Counted from the stretch's first letter, positions 51,790-62,530 are shown. The stretch is DNA of 64,000 nucleotides from Eledone cirrhosa (GCA_964016885.1 OZ024745.1:99014001-99078000), one strand, 5' to 3'. The notes: generated by a model from the sequence alone, not told the origin. Made by a program: numbers and translations.

Positions 51790-52196
51790 AGTAAGAATAT
51801 TTTCGAAACAGCGAGTGGGTTTGAAATTATTAGAAATGTAAGCCATCGCTGTATTTTGACTAAAGAAATTAAAGAAATTATTTAGCCTGATAGTGGGGTT
51901 AAGAACCCTCGGAGAAAAAGAAAAAGATGAGTATTGACGTACATGGGAGTCGAACCCACATCTTTGGTTATCCGGACCACTCTGCTACCATTTACACCAA
52001 CACATCACCCGTCTCTTTCCATTCAAATTAGAAGCTATAAACTTAGCGACTGTAATGTCAAGTAAGAATATTTTCGAAACAGCGAGTGGGTTTGAAATTA
52101 TTAGAAATGTAAGCTATCGCCGTATTTTGACTAAAGAAATTAAAGAAATTATTTAGCCTGATAGTGGAGTTAAGAACCCTCGGAGAAATGGAAAAA
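51790..52196. repeat. 1.5 units of a 271-bp repeat embedded in (TA)n
   Basis: A block of about 136 bp, AGTAAGAATATTTTCGAAAC...CCCTCGGAGAAA, starts at 51790 and 52061. (TA)n lies on both sides. Confidence 0.92.
51935..52006 (-). ncRNA. tRNA-like Pol III cassette (pseudo-tRNA, GGA at the anticodon position)
   Basis: 72-nt cloverleaf: acceptor GAUGUGU/GUACGUC, A box TGGTGTAAATGG, T arm GUGGG-UUCGACU-CCCAU. T5 terminators lie about 10 nt downstream. C33, U37 and G10-G25 argue against a translating tRNA. Confidence 0.7.
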
Positions 52197-52983
52197 TATA
52201 TATATATATATATATATATCTCAAAATTATTTTTGAAAAGCATTAGAAATGCGCAACCGGTAAAACTTAAAACCAAAACTGAATACTAACCAATACTATT
52301 ACTAATTTTCACTTATTCCTAATTAAACTATTTTTCACTGTGAACAATTTTTCAGCATTTTCTTTTCCGTTTACCAATATATATACGGCTTAATACGGGA
52401 TGTTTGTTTACAAACACACCGAGCATTATAATAAATGTTCGGTGAATCCATACGTGCATATATATATGTGTGCATGTATGTATATATATATATACATACT
52501 ACTGTATGTCGGTATACATATATGTATGTACGTGTACATACTTATATTTAAGTAACAGCCGTACTAAGAGTGGGAAATGAAATATCGTTTCATTTTTTTC
52601 CATTTATATATATATCGTTTAACATCTTATTTTCCATACTAGCATGGGTTAAAAGGGTTGTCCCATTTGGGGCAAGTCAAGTCAGCTGACCGTGTCTTAT
52701 ACATACATATGTATATACAAACATATATATATATATATATATATGCATATCAGCATCATCATCATCATCATCATCATTTTACGTCCGCTTTTCCCTGCTT
52801 GCAAGGGTGGGACGGGAACTGATTCTGGCTTGATTTCTACAGCTGGATGCCCTTCCTAACACCAACCTCATTTACAGTGATATGAATAAATAAATAACCA
52901 AGATTCAATACACTATTTAATCGATTTACATATGTTTCGTTCAAATACAAAAGGAGGCAGCATTTACTTCTCTCTGTTAGTGG

Positions 52984-53070
<87 letters not shown>

Positions 53071-53119
53071 ATCATTTAATGTCTAGCAGAGGTTCAACAA
53101 GTACATTTTTGTGAAACCA

Positions 53120-53288
53120 TCATTATTATCACCATTTAACATTCATTTTTCCATGCTAGCCTGGGTTAGATGAGTTGTCTTGTTGCGAGACATGTCAGAT
53201 CAGGTGACCATGTCTTGCTTATACAGAGCTGTTTCTAGCTTGATTTCTACAACTGGATGCCCTTCCTAATGCCAACCACATTTACAGC
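53120..53288 (-). mobile_element. RTE 3' end fragment
   Basis: CCATGCTAGCCTGGGTTAGATG...CTGGATGCCCTTCCTAATGCCAACCACATTTACAG. Confidence 0.75.
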
Positions 53289-53344
53289 ATGAATTGTATC
53301 ATCATCATCATCATTTTACGTCCGCTTTTCCCTGCTAGCAAGTC

Positions 53345-53433
<89 letters not shown>

Positions 53434-53952
53434 GTATAATGTTTAGTAAACACAGAGAGCAGCTGTACTCTGTCCTTGAATGCCGGAGCTGATATCTCAT
53501 CAGGTGGTGAAGTAACTCTGTAAGTGTTTCAGTCCCTTCCACCATAGCTACTCAGGGTCACCCATCGATGTAGGCAACGAAACTCCTGCACAACAGCACA
53601 ATCTTTAAGCCTGATGATATAAATCTGACAGAACATCCAAACATGTCCACATAAATATATCAGAACATCCAAACCCATGTGTCCGCCCAGATGTGCCCAT
53701 ATAGATATATAGATACAAACATAACAGACAGAAAGGGAACTACTGAAATCTCTACAAAGCAACACCTCCCGCAGACACAATACAACCAGCATTTATAGTG
53801 CTTCATTATTATTTACCACTACTATTATCACCATGGTGCCCATCACAGATAGTCATGTATCTAATGCCTTATATTGCCTAATAGAACATCTTACTGATCT
53901 CAGTTCTGCCCCCCCCATCAGGAGTGACTTATTTTTCCTTATCCCCTTGGAT

Positions 53953-54240
53953 AAGCATGGCTTAGTGTTTAGGGTGTTGGGCTTAAACATTTTTGAGTTT
54001 GTTTCCTAGGCTGCGTGGCGTATTGTGTCCTTGAGTAAAACACTTTATTTCATGTTGCTCCAGTTCATTCAGTTGGAAAAATTGTGTTATGATGTCACTG
54101 CTGACAAACTGTATTGGCCTTTGCCTTGGATAACATCAGTAGCATGGAGAGGAGAGACAGGTATGGATGAGTGACTGATGCTTTCCACAAAACATGTTAC
54201 ACAGGCTTCAGCCCTGGTCAGTCATGACTGAAGATAGCCC
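53953..54240 (+). mobile_element. Older CORE-like SINE
   Basis: GCATGGCTTAGTGTTTAGGGTGTTGG...TTGTGTCCTTGAGTAAAACACTTTATTTCATGTTGCTCCAG. Confidence 0.65.
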
Positions 54241-54587
54241 TCTAGGGAGGATAGAATAACAGGGTTTATTTTATCAACTATGTCCCTCCTTTGTTATAAT
54301 TGCCTTTATGCTTCATCATCAGCCTTCTGAGGTTGATAAAATAAAGTACCAATCAAGTACAGGAGTTGATATAGTCGACTTTTCCTTCCACCAAAAAATT
54401 GCTGGCTGTGTGCCTAAATTAGAAATCACTACTACTACTACTATGTTAGATTGCCAGAAACAGTAGTGTGCCTTGCAGCATATATTTACATCACTTCATA
54501 TTGCGAGTTCAAATCACACTGACCATGTAAAAGTCATATATAAGATCAACGCAATGAAGTTTAGGTCCTTGTGCTAAAGTCTGAAAT

Positions 54588-54620
54588 TACTACTACTACT
54601 ACTACTACTAATAGCAGTAG

Positions 54621-54663
<43 letters not shown>
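54588..54663. repeat. Imperfect (CTA)n microsatellite
   Basis: Direct reading. Confidence 0.9.
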
Positions 54664-55439
54664 TCATTAGTTTATTAAAATAGGTCTAGAATAGAAATGC
54701 CTATTAAAGATGTGCAAGTGACAAATATTGATGTCATCCCAGCTCCGCACACATAATTAAGAGTTAGGGGTGATGAAGTCAGATGAACAATGATGTGTGT
54801 GAGTGAAAGAGAGACAGACAGACAAAATAAGAGTGAGAGACGAAGGTATGAAAGACAAGACAAACGATAGCCTCACAGAAGTAGGTTTGCAATAACAAGA
54901 CATATATATATAATCATCTTTGTTCATTATTAAATTGTATGCAGTGAGAGTTAACCCCTTTCCCCATACAGTATTACTTTCCTTTGTCTTCCATAAAGGT
55001 TGTCTGTACATACACGCACACACAGGCACACTAATTATTTACAACTACTATCAACTCTGTCTTGCAAACATACACACATACATTATTGATTAAACAACCA
55101 AATACAGTGCATAAAGAACCACAAGCATTGTTGTCTGTTTGTGTATGTATGTATACACACACAAACATATATACATATCTATACACACACACACACACAC
55201 ATATGTATATATAATAATCATCAACATCTTTACTGCTGTTTTAATGTCCAGTTTCCCTGCTAGCAATTTATCTATCTATCTACACACACACATATATTCC
55301 AACCCTCTCTCTGAACTTGCTATGTCCTGTAGGACTTAGTCCAAAACATTGAAACCCTCATTTACTTCTTAACAAGTGTGAACCTAAGAAGACTTTGCAG
55401 CTTTGTGTTTGTTTAGTTTATTCTTGAACTACATACACA

Positions 55440-55577
55440 TACACACATCGTTCTCTCTCTCTTTCTGTCTTTCTGATGTCCCCAAAAAGTGTATACACAC
55501 ATATTAGAGTGCTGTTGAAGTGTGTATGCATTTTTTGGAACACTATATATATATATATATATATATGTGTGTTTTAT

Positions 55578-55608
<31 letters not shown>

Positions 55609-55715
55609 CACACATACACATCGTTCTCTCTCTCTTTTTGATGTCCCCAAAAAGTGTATACACACATATTAGAGTGCTGTTGAAGTGTGTATGCATTTTT
55701 TGGAACACTATATAT
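55440..55715. repeat. Tandem duplication carrying two decayed copies of the 4967-type hairpin MITE
   Basis: TGATGTCCCCAAAAAGTGTATACACACATATTAGAGTGCTGTTGAAGTGTGTATGCATTTTTTGGAACAC occurs twice and resembles the reverse complement of 4967-5046. Confidence 0.8.
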
Positions 55716-55741
55716 ATATATATATATAAATGTGCATGTGT

Positions 55742-55801
<60 letters not shown>

Positions 55802-55808
55802 TTTATAT

Positions 55809-55841
<33 letters not shown>

Positions 55842-56136
55842 CATTCATACACAGAGTTATATACACACAAATGATGAAATCCCAGATGCAGAAGTTATAG
55901 GAGACAAGTGGTGTAAGGACACCAGTAGAAATAGACCTGGACTGCATGTCAAAATGTCCCCCATAAAAAGAATCCAGTCATGACAACACCCAGTAGTTTA
56001 GGGTGTTTCTTCTAAAAGGCTGCCGGCATCACTGATTTCCTCAAATACATGTGAGGGATGATAAGCGCTAGATAGATAATGAAAATGAGAGCTAGGTGGG
56101 ACACACCTCTCTCTTTCTCCTTGTGTCATATGTCCA

Positions 56137-56212
<76 letters not shown>

Positions 56213-56318
56213 GTGTAGGTATATGTATAATATGTGTGTGTATTTTACATATATATGGTATGTGTATATGCACGCAAATATATATATATGTGTGTATGTC
56301 ATTATCATGATAAGTGTT

Positions 56319-56355
<37 letters not shown>

Positions 56356-56367
56356 ATATATATTATG

Positions 56368-56715
56368 CTGGTACCACAAAACATCCAGCCCACACTGTTA
56401 AGTGGAGGTGTAAAAGTCACGGCAAAAAGCACCCAGCACACACTATCAATGTGGTTGGCGTTAGAAACGGCATTCAGCCATAGAAAACCAGCCCACACTG
56501 TAAAGTGGACATGTAAAAGACACGGTCAAAAAGCACTCAGCACACCCTGTCAATGTGGTTGGCATTAGGAAGGGCATCCAGCTGTAGAAAACCAGCCAGA
56601 AACAATCCTATATGAGCAAGATATAGTCACCTGACCCAACCTGCCTCTAAATGGGACAAACCCATCTAACCCATGCTAACGTGGAAGGTAGACGTTAATC
56701 AATGATAATGATGAT
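56368..56715 (+). mobile_element. RTE 3' UTR with expanded internal subunits and GAT tail
   Basis: Four CAGC.CAC.CT.T subunits, then GGCATTAGGAAGGGCATCCAGCTGTAGAAA and the tail. Confidence 0.82.
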
Positions 56716-56724
56716 ATATATACA

Positions 56725-57043
56725 CAGCGTACCCCCCCCCCCCCCAGCATTCGTAGAGTTTTTTTCCTTAGAACCTAACTATTAATTGTTTGTGGAAACC
56801 ACATTTTCGTGGAATCATAAATATCTTATACAATTTTTTTATGGCTTTTTTGTGGCAATATATATTTTTTCATGCCTCTTAAGGCTAAATAATTAATAAC
56901 AATATATCGTATTTGCCGGCCTATATTTTACGTTATGTTTTGACGTTTATAGGCTATTTATGGACCACGTCCAATATTCGTGGTTTTTCACTCTTTGCGG
57001 GTGCTCTAGGAACATAACCCCCACGAATACGGAGCGACAAATG
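56725..57043. mobile_element. Decayed pogo/Tigger-like MITE
   Basis: Imperfect TIRs (CAGCGTACCCC..GCATTCGTAGAGTT..TTCCT versus AGGAACATAACCCCCACGAATACGGAGCGACAAATG) in a TA context. Confidence 0.45.
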
Positions 57044-57053
57044 TATGTATGTA

Positions 57054-57087
<34 letters not shown>

Positions 57088-57547
57088 CATTTAATGCCTG
57101 TTCTCCCTGCTAGCAAGGATATATATATATTAGTCATTCCTCGTTTGTGTTGTAATGTTTGTATCTATTATCGCTGTTGCGAAATAACCAAAATAACAAA
57201 ATCATTATTTTCACTTGTGATGATAGTAGCTCACTTTTCCTTAAAATAAATTGGTATGACAATAGCTAAAGTATCCTTCATAATATAAAGAGAAACGTTT
57301 TCTCTATGCGTATATGTGAGCACATTAAAGGATGAGTCAGACAAAAATCAGCAGCCTTATTATATAAACACTATGTAACTATATACACACACACACATAC
57401 ATACATACATATATATATACATCACACAGCAAGGACTAACTACAACTTCCAATATGTTTCCATACGCACAGACATATTGAAAAGGAGGCAGCAATAGTTA
57501 TACCGCACTAACAGGAGGAAAAGAGGCGTTGTTTCCTGTTCAATATC

Positions 57548-57598
<51 letters not shown>

Positions 57599-57760
57599 TT
57601 ATTTATTTATATGCTAGTGTGGAAAAATGGATGTTAAATGATGATGATGATGTATATATATATAAAATATCACATATACAGACACACATATACACACACA
57701 GTATTAATGATAGCAAGTGAGATTGAGTACTCAAAACCATAGTAGAGTGTGTTTTTTTTT

Positions 57761-57903
57761 TTAATTAAGACCAAGTCAACGTTCTGCTAATCTAGAGCTT
57801 CACCTGTGTACTGAGAGGGTTATCAGACAAGACTTGTCTGATGAGTCTGTGAATGCACAGGCAACATTCTGAAATAATAGGATTCCAACTTAGTCTTAAT
57901 TAA
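57761..57903. repeat. 143-bp imperfect palindrome with degenerate hammerhead cores in both arms
   Basis: Ends TTAATTAAGACCAAGT / ACTTAGTCTTAATTAA and centre TCAGACAAG-A-CTTGTCTGA are all symmetric about 57832. Confidence 0.8.
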
Positions 57904-58321
57904 ATATATATATATATATACTAAAATAACAGACAAAGAATCGCTGCTTTCACCCTTAACGGGATCTTCTGATTACTATATATATATATATATAAGAGGG
58001 TGTTAAAGTTTGCTTGAAGCATTGTGAAATGTGTAAAATATGTAGTTTAGAAAGCCACAACAATGCAGATGGGAAATCTCGAGGTAGGAAGTGAGTGAGA
58101 AATAGGAGAAAAAAAAAAATATATATATATATAGGGGAAGAGAGAAAGAGTGTGTGTGTGTGTGTGTGTGTGTGTCAGGGAGAATATATACCATATATAC
58201 TCGAATAAAAGCCGAGGGAAGGTAATCAACACATTGATTTATGTTTAGATGATGTGGTTTTGAAATTCTCATGAGTAGAGAAGATATTTATGAAATTTTG
58301 ATATTTAAAGTGTCGTTTGAG

Positions 58322-58681
58322 CAGTGGTCACCAACCGATGGTCTGTGGACCACTGGTGTTCCGAGAGAAAATTTTGGTGGTCTGCAGAAAAATTTGGACA
58401 TTTGCAATTTTTATGTTTTATTAATAATAAAACAAAAATAATATTCAGTTAAAATATATTTCATAACACCTCTAAAAAATGTTTCTCCTCAGTAAAGAAC
58501 TGACATCCATGAAAGAATTTTACACATATATGTATCATCTATCGACAATATGACATACGTACGCTTCAGTAATGTTTACTAAAATGTATTTATCTTTTTT
58601 TTTAAATTCATATTAGTGGTCTTCAGGATTTAAAATTATGAATTTAGTGGTCTATGAGGTCCAAAAGGCTGGCGACCACTA
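58322..58681. mobile_element. hAT (Charlie-like) MITE, 360 bp
   Basis: TIRs CAGTGGTCACCAACC / GGCTGGCGACCACTA. The 8-bp flanks CGTTTGAG / CTTTAGAG match 6/8. Internal GTGGTC repeats are present. Confidence 0.8.
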
Positions 58682-58845
58682 CTTTAGAGTATAGTTTTTA
58701 TTTCACAACTCCATTACATAATGATTTGTTACAAATTTCTGACCATTTTGAAGGCCATATTTTGATGGCCATTCTTTCAAAACATAAAAAACAATAGGAA
58801 ATATGAATTTCACTTCTAAAGTGAAGCCAGTGTAATAATCACCCT

Positions 58846-59665
58846 TCTTCTTCTCCACCCACTTATTCCTGCAGGACTCGTGGGGTCAGAGTCCTCAAAC
58901 ACTCCTTCGAGCAGGTCCTGTCAGAAGTAACCATCTTCAACTGATCCGACTGGATCCCAAAGCGAGACCAGCCGAACTCATCGATGTTATTCAACCATCT
59001 TGCTTGGGCTCTACCGCTGGGTCTCTTGCCAGTTGGTTGTGCCCATAAAATCTGTCTAGCAATTCTTTCCTGAGACATTCTAACCACATGCCCATAGTAT
59101 CAAGCTGTGATCTCTCCATTTGGAGAAGTTGTGGTTCTACCTGGAGTGACTCTCTGATCTCTGAGCTATGTACTCTATCGAATAATGTTACTCCAATGAC
59201 CGTTCAGAGGAACCACATTTCAGCTGCTTGTATTCACGATCATATTCTTTCGGTCATTACTCAAGATTCTTTTGATTACTGAATGCTGATCTGGTGCACT
59301 ACAGCACCAGCTCCTGCAATTCTTGCACTTAATTCAGCCTCCTGCCTTCCATCACTTGTGAACACAGCATCAAGATATTTGGACTTCTCCATCTGCTTCA
59401 GTGGAACTCCATTTACATGTAGAGTGCACTGTGCAGACTTCCGCAGCACTGATTTTCATTCCAGCCAAGCAGCACTCAGCATCAAACCTCTTAGGACAAA
59501 TATTATCCTCCCAGCAGTCTTGCCACATTTGAGTTCTTTAATTGCTCTTGCAACCATAGCCTCAGAGATTAATCATTGCTCCCAGATGCACCTCATATAC
59601 ATCACAACATGCTGTTGTGATCAGGTTTATGAGATCAGCAAAATATCCTCTCCACCTCGCAAGGA
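58846..59665 (-). mobile_element. RTE LINE fragment, (AAG)n-tail family, internally deleted and rearranged
   Basis: Paralogous to 25904-26592. ORF text VRMSQERIARQILWAQPTGKRPSGR. Confidence 0.88.
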
Positions 59666-59788
59666 TGCACCCCTAAACCAAAAATATTTTAACAGTTCAA
59701 TTACATAGAATTTTTAAGTTTAACACTAATTTTTCGTCACATATTTCTTAGGTTATATATGAGTATATATATATATATATTACTCTAA

Positions 59789-60024
59789 CTCTTTCATTAG
59801 CATAATTTTAATGAAAGATACTGTCTATGATCTTAAAGTAATTTTGAAAATAATCAGGAATTTGGATGATATTTTGTAAAATAATGTTTGGAGCATAACT
59901 TAACGAAGGTTCTTACATAAAGTTATGATGATAATTTTTTTTAGATAAATATGAACACTTTAAAATAAACAGCCTAAAACTGTAAAACCAGGGGCAGTTT
60001 CAAGCAGTTTAGTATCAAGTGTGT
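59789..60024. mobile_element. piggyBac-like MITE (family B), decayed
   Basis: CTAA-CTCTTTCATTAGC ... TTTAGTATCAAGTGTG-TTAA. The interior has AAGGTTCTTACATAAAGTTATGATG, the reverse complement of the family motif. Confidence 0.6.
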
Positions 60025-60311
60025 TAATCAGGGAGGAAGGGCAGTGCCTTTATCAGAGTGTCTGAGACTGCTGGTAAGGAGAAAGGAAAGACCCAGCCCA
60101 AATGCTTGCAACAGAGTGTACCAGAAGGCCAGGGGTGGTGTTAAACTAAGGATCACAAATTAAATCCACATCCAAGCAGACCACAATGGAATTTGAACTC
60201 AGAATGGAAAGAGCCTGAATAAATACTGCAACTTATTACATCTGATACTCTAACAATTTTGCCAATCAACTAGACTAGTAATATATATATATATATATAT
60301 ATGTATATATG

Positions 60312-60548
60312 ATCATTATTGTTAACATCCATTGTCCATGCTAGTATGAGTTAGACAGGTTGTCCCGTTTGAGTCAGTTGGGTCAGAAGACAATGTCTTG
60401 CTCCTACAGAACTGGTTTTGGCTTGGTTTCTACAGCTGGATACCCTTCCTAACACCAACCACATTTACAGTGTGGGCTAGGTGCTTTTTGTTGTGATACC
60501 TACCCACCCACTTTACAGTGTGAGCAGGGTGCTTTTTGTCATGACATC
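60312..60548 (-). mobile_element. RTE 3' end
   Basis: Shared 3' UTR motifs and two ACTTTACAGTGTG-type subunits. Confidence 0.78.
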
Positions 60549-60559
60549 TATATGATCAC

Positions 60560-62045
60560 CAGCTATTGAAATATAGAAGAAATATAGAATAGTAAAGCTG
60601 TGGGAGCATCAGAGATAGTTGCTTAGATACTAAAAGCATCAGGAAAAGTAGGAGTCAAACTAGTATCCCCTATAGTCAATAAGATAATACAGGACGGAAT
60701 CATACTCAATGACTGGCACAGCAGTACAATCCTAAATTGCTACAAGGGCAAAGGAGTAACTCTAGAGGAATAAAACTAATGGACCCAAAAAATGAAAGTG
60801 ATGGAAAGAGTTATAGAACAGCTAATTAGGGAAAGAGTCAAATTAAACAAGATGCAGTTTGGTTTCATGCCTGGGAAAAGTTCCACAGATGCCTTCTTTT
60901 TAGTAAGGCAACTATGAGAGAAGTTCCTAGCCAAGAATAAGCCCCTATATTTAGCTTTTGTTGATCTTGGACAGAATTTGGATTCAAAAGGTCAGAGTAA
61001 ACTTAGCCAAAACTAAAGTGCTAGTAAGTAGGAAAAATAGGACCCTGAATCCCTCAGAGTAGTGGCCTTGTTCAATATGTAGAAAAGAAGTAGGTATAAA
61101 GTCTATACGGCGCATGCAATGTAAATCCTGGGTACACAAGAAATGTAGTAGGATATTAGGCAGTCTAACAGGAAGAAGATGCACAGGGGTAATTAAGGGG
61201 AAGAGCATCATCAACATCATTTCTTTTTACGTCCGCTTTTTCCCTGCTTGCAAGGGTGGGACGGGAACTGATGCTGGCTTGATTTCTACAGCTGGATGCC
61301 CTTCCTAACACCAACCTCATTTACAGTGAGTGCTGGGTGCTTTTTTGCCATAGCACCTCCACGACCACTTTGCAGTGGAATGATATGGACCCCTGTCCCT
61401 ATCATCTCATTTCTACAGCTGAGTAAACTGGAGCAATGTGAAATAAAGTGTCTTGCTCAAGGAAACAACACATCACCCAGTCTGAGAATTGAACTCACAA
61501 CCTTTCGATTGCAAGGCCAATGCTCTAACCACTAAGCCATGTGCCTCCATCAGTGATATAAACCTTTTTCAATCACATGAAGGATGTATATAAATGGCTG
61601 ATTGCTTCTGCTAGCTAGGTGGCTTAATTAGCAGTAAAGGTAGGTGCTCCAAGAGCATAATAGCTAGAATAAGGATAGGATGAAAGAAGTTTAGAAAGCT
61701 ACTCTCACTGCTGACATCAAAAGTTTCTCCCTACATACAAAAGGATAACTGTATGATGCCTGTGTACGAAGTGCGATGCTGCATGGTAGTGAAACATAGG
61801 CAGTGACTGCAGAAGACATGTGTAGACTGGAGAGAAATGAAGCAACCATGCTTTGCTGGATGTACAATGTAAATGTGAGAGGAAGGTAGAGCTTTGATGA
61901 ACTGAGGGAGAAACTGGGGTTAAGAGGAATCCGAGGTTGTGTGGAAGAGAGAAGACTATGTTGGTAAGGACATGTGATGTGCATGGGTGATGATTGCTGG
62001 GTGAAGAAGTGCCAGGAAATCACAGTGGAGGGTAGCCACAGTAGA
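60560..62045 (+). mobile_element. Deleted and decayed RTE LINE ORF2, interrupted by a SINE
   Basis: DWHSSTILNCYKGKG, RGIKLMD, MQFGFMPGKSSTDAFF, YLAFVDL and WPCSICRK..CKSWVHKKCS precede the SINE. LYDACVRSAMLHGSET..GHVMCM follows it. Confidence 0.88.
61206..61548 (-). mobile_element. Full-length tRNA/CORE-like SINE with RTE-derived tail
   Basis: Near-identical to 39105-39447. Inserted between two RTE ORF2 segments. Confidence 0.9.
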
Positions 62046-62187
62046 GGTTCAGCATATTGAGATCATCTCTAACCACTTCTACACAGGTTTTCCTCAATCT
62101 TCCACTTCTGCAGTTTCCTTCCACTGCTATCTTTTAACACTTCTTCACCCAATGACCATCATTCATATGAATCACATGTCCATACCA
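62043..62187 (-). mobile_element. Inverted RTE C-terminal fragment
   Basis: The minus strand encodes WYGHVIHMNDGHWVKKC..VRDDLNMLNL. Confidence 0.8.

Positions 62188-62202
<15 letters not shown>

Positions 62203-62277
<75 letters not shown>
62203..62277. repeat. (TA)n microsatellite
   Basis: Direct reading. Confidence 0.97.
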
Positions 62278-62284
<7 letters not shown>

Positions 62285-62299
62285 TACTGTACATCCACA

Positions 62300-62530
62300 T
62301 GACACATCACTTGCTCTCCTACAGTGCTAGTGCCATGACAAAAATCACCCTGTAAGGTGGTTTGGCTGATACCATGACAAAAAAGCACCCAGCATGCTAA
62401 TAGGGTTGTTGCCACAAAAGATGCTCCCAGTACATGCTGGAATATGGTTGGCTTTCGAAAGGGCATCCTACCAGAGAAATCCAAGCCAAAAACAGATTCT
62501 GTGAGCAAGACATGGTAACCTGATCTGTCT
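62300..62530 (+). mobile_element. RTE 3' UTR fragment
   Basis: AAAAAGCACCCAG subunits and GAAAGGGCATCC..AGAAATCCAAGCCA..GAGCAAGACATGG. Confidence 0.65.

Noticed and set aside
51853-51895. SECIS element (TGAC...AAA...TGAT)
   Set aside because: The stem does not pair next to the putative GA quartet, and there is no upstream selenoprotein ORF.
51935-52006. Functional tRNA-Ser(GGA)
   Set aside because: It has no long variable arm, has C33 and U37, and has mismatches at 10-25 and 27-43. It is kept as tRNA-like only.
53470-53640. Two CTGATGA motifs on opposite strands
   Set aside because: Neither is followed by a stem II and GAAA.
55965-56040. GAAACACCC...GGGTGTT stem on the minus strand as a hammerhead
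   Set aside because: A stem III-like pairing exists, but there is no recognisable CUGANGA.
55413-56568. Many ORFs rich in YI/HT/CV repeats (also near 4985, 15039, 23912, 52932, 62134)
   Set aside because: These are stop-free dinucleotide microsatellites, not genes.
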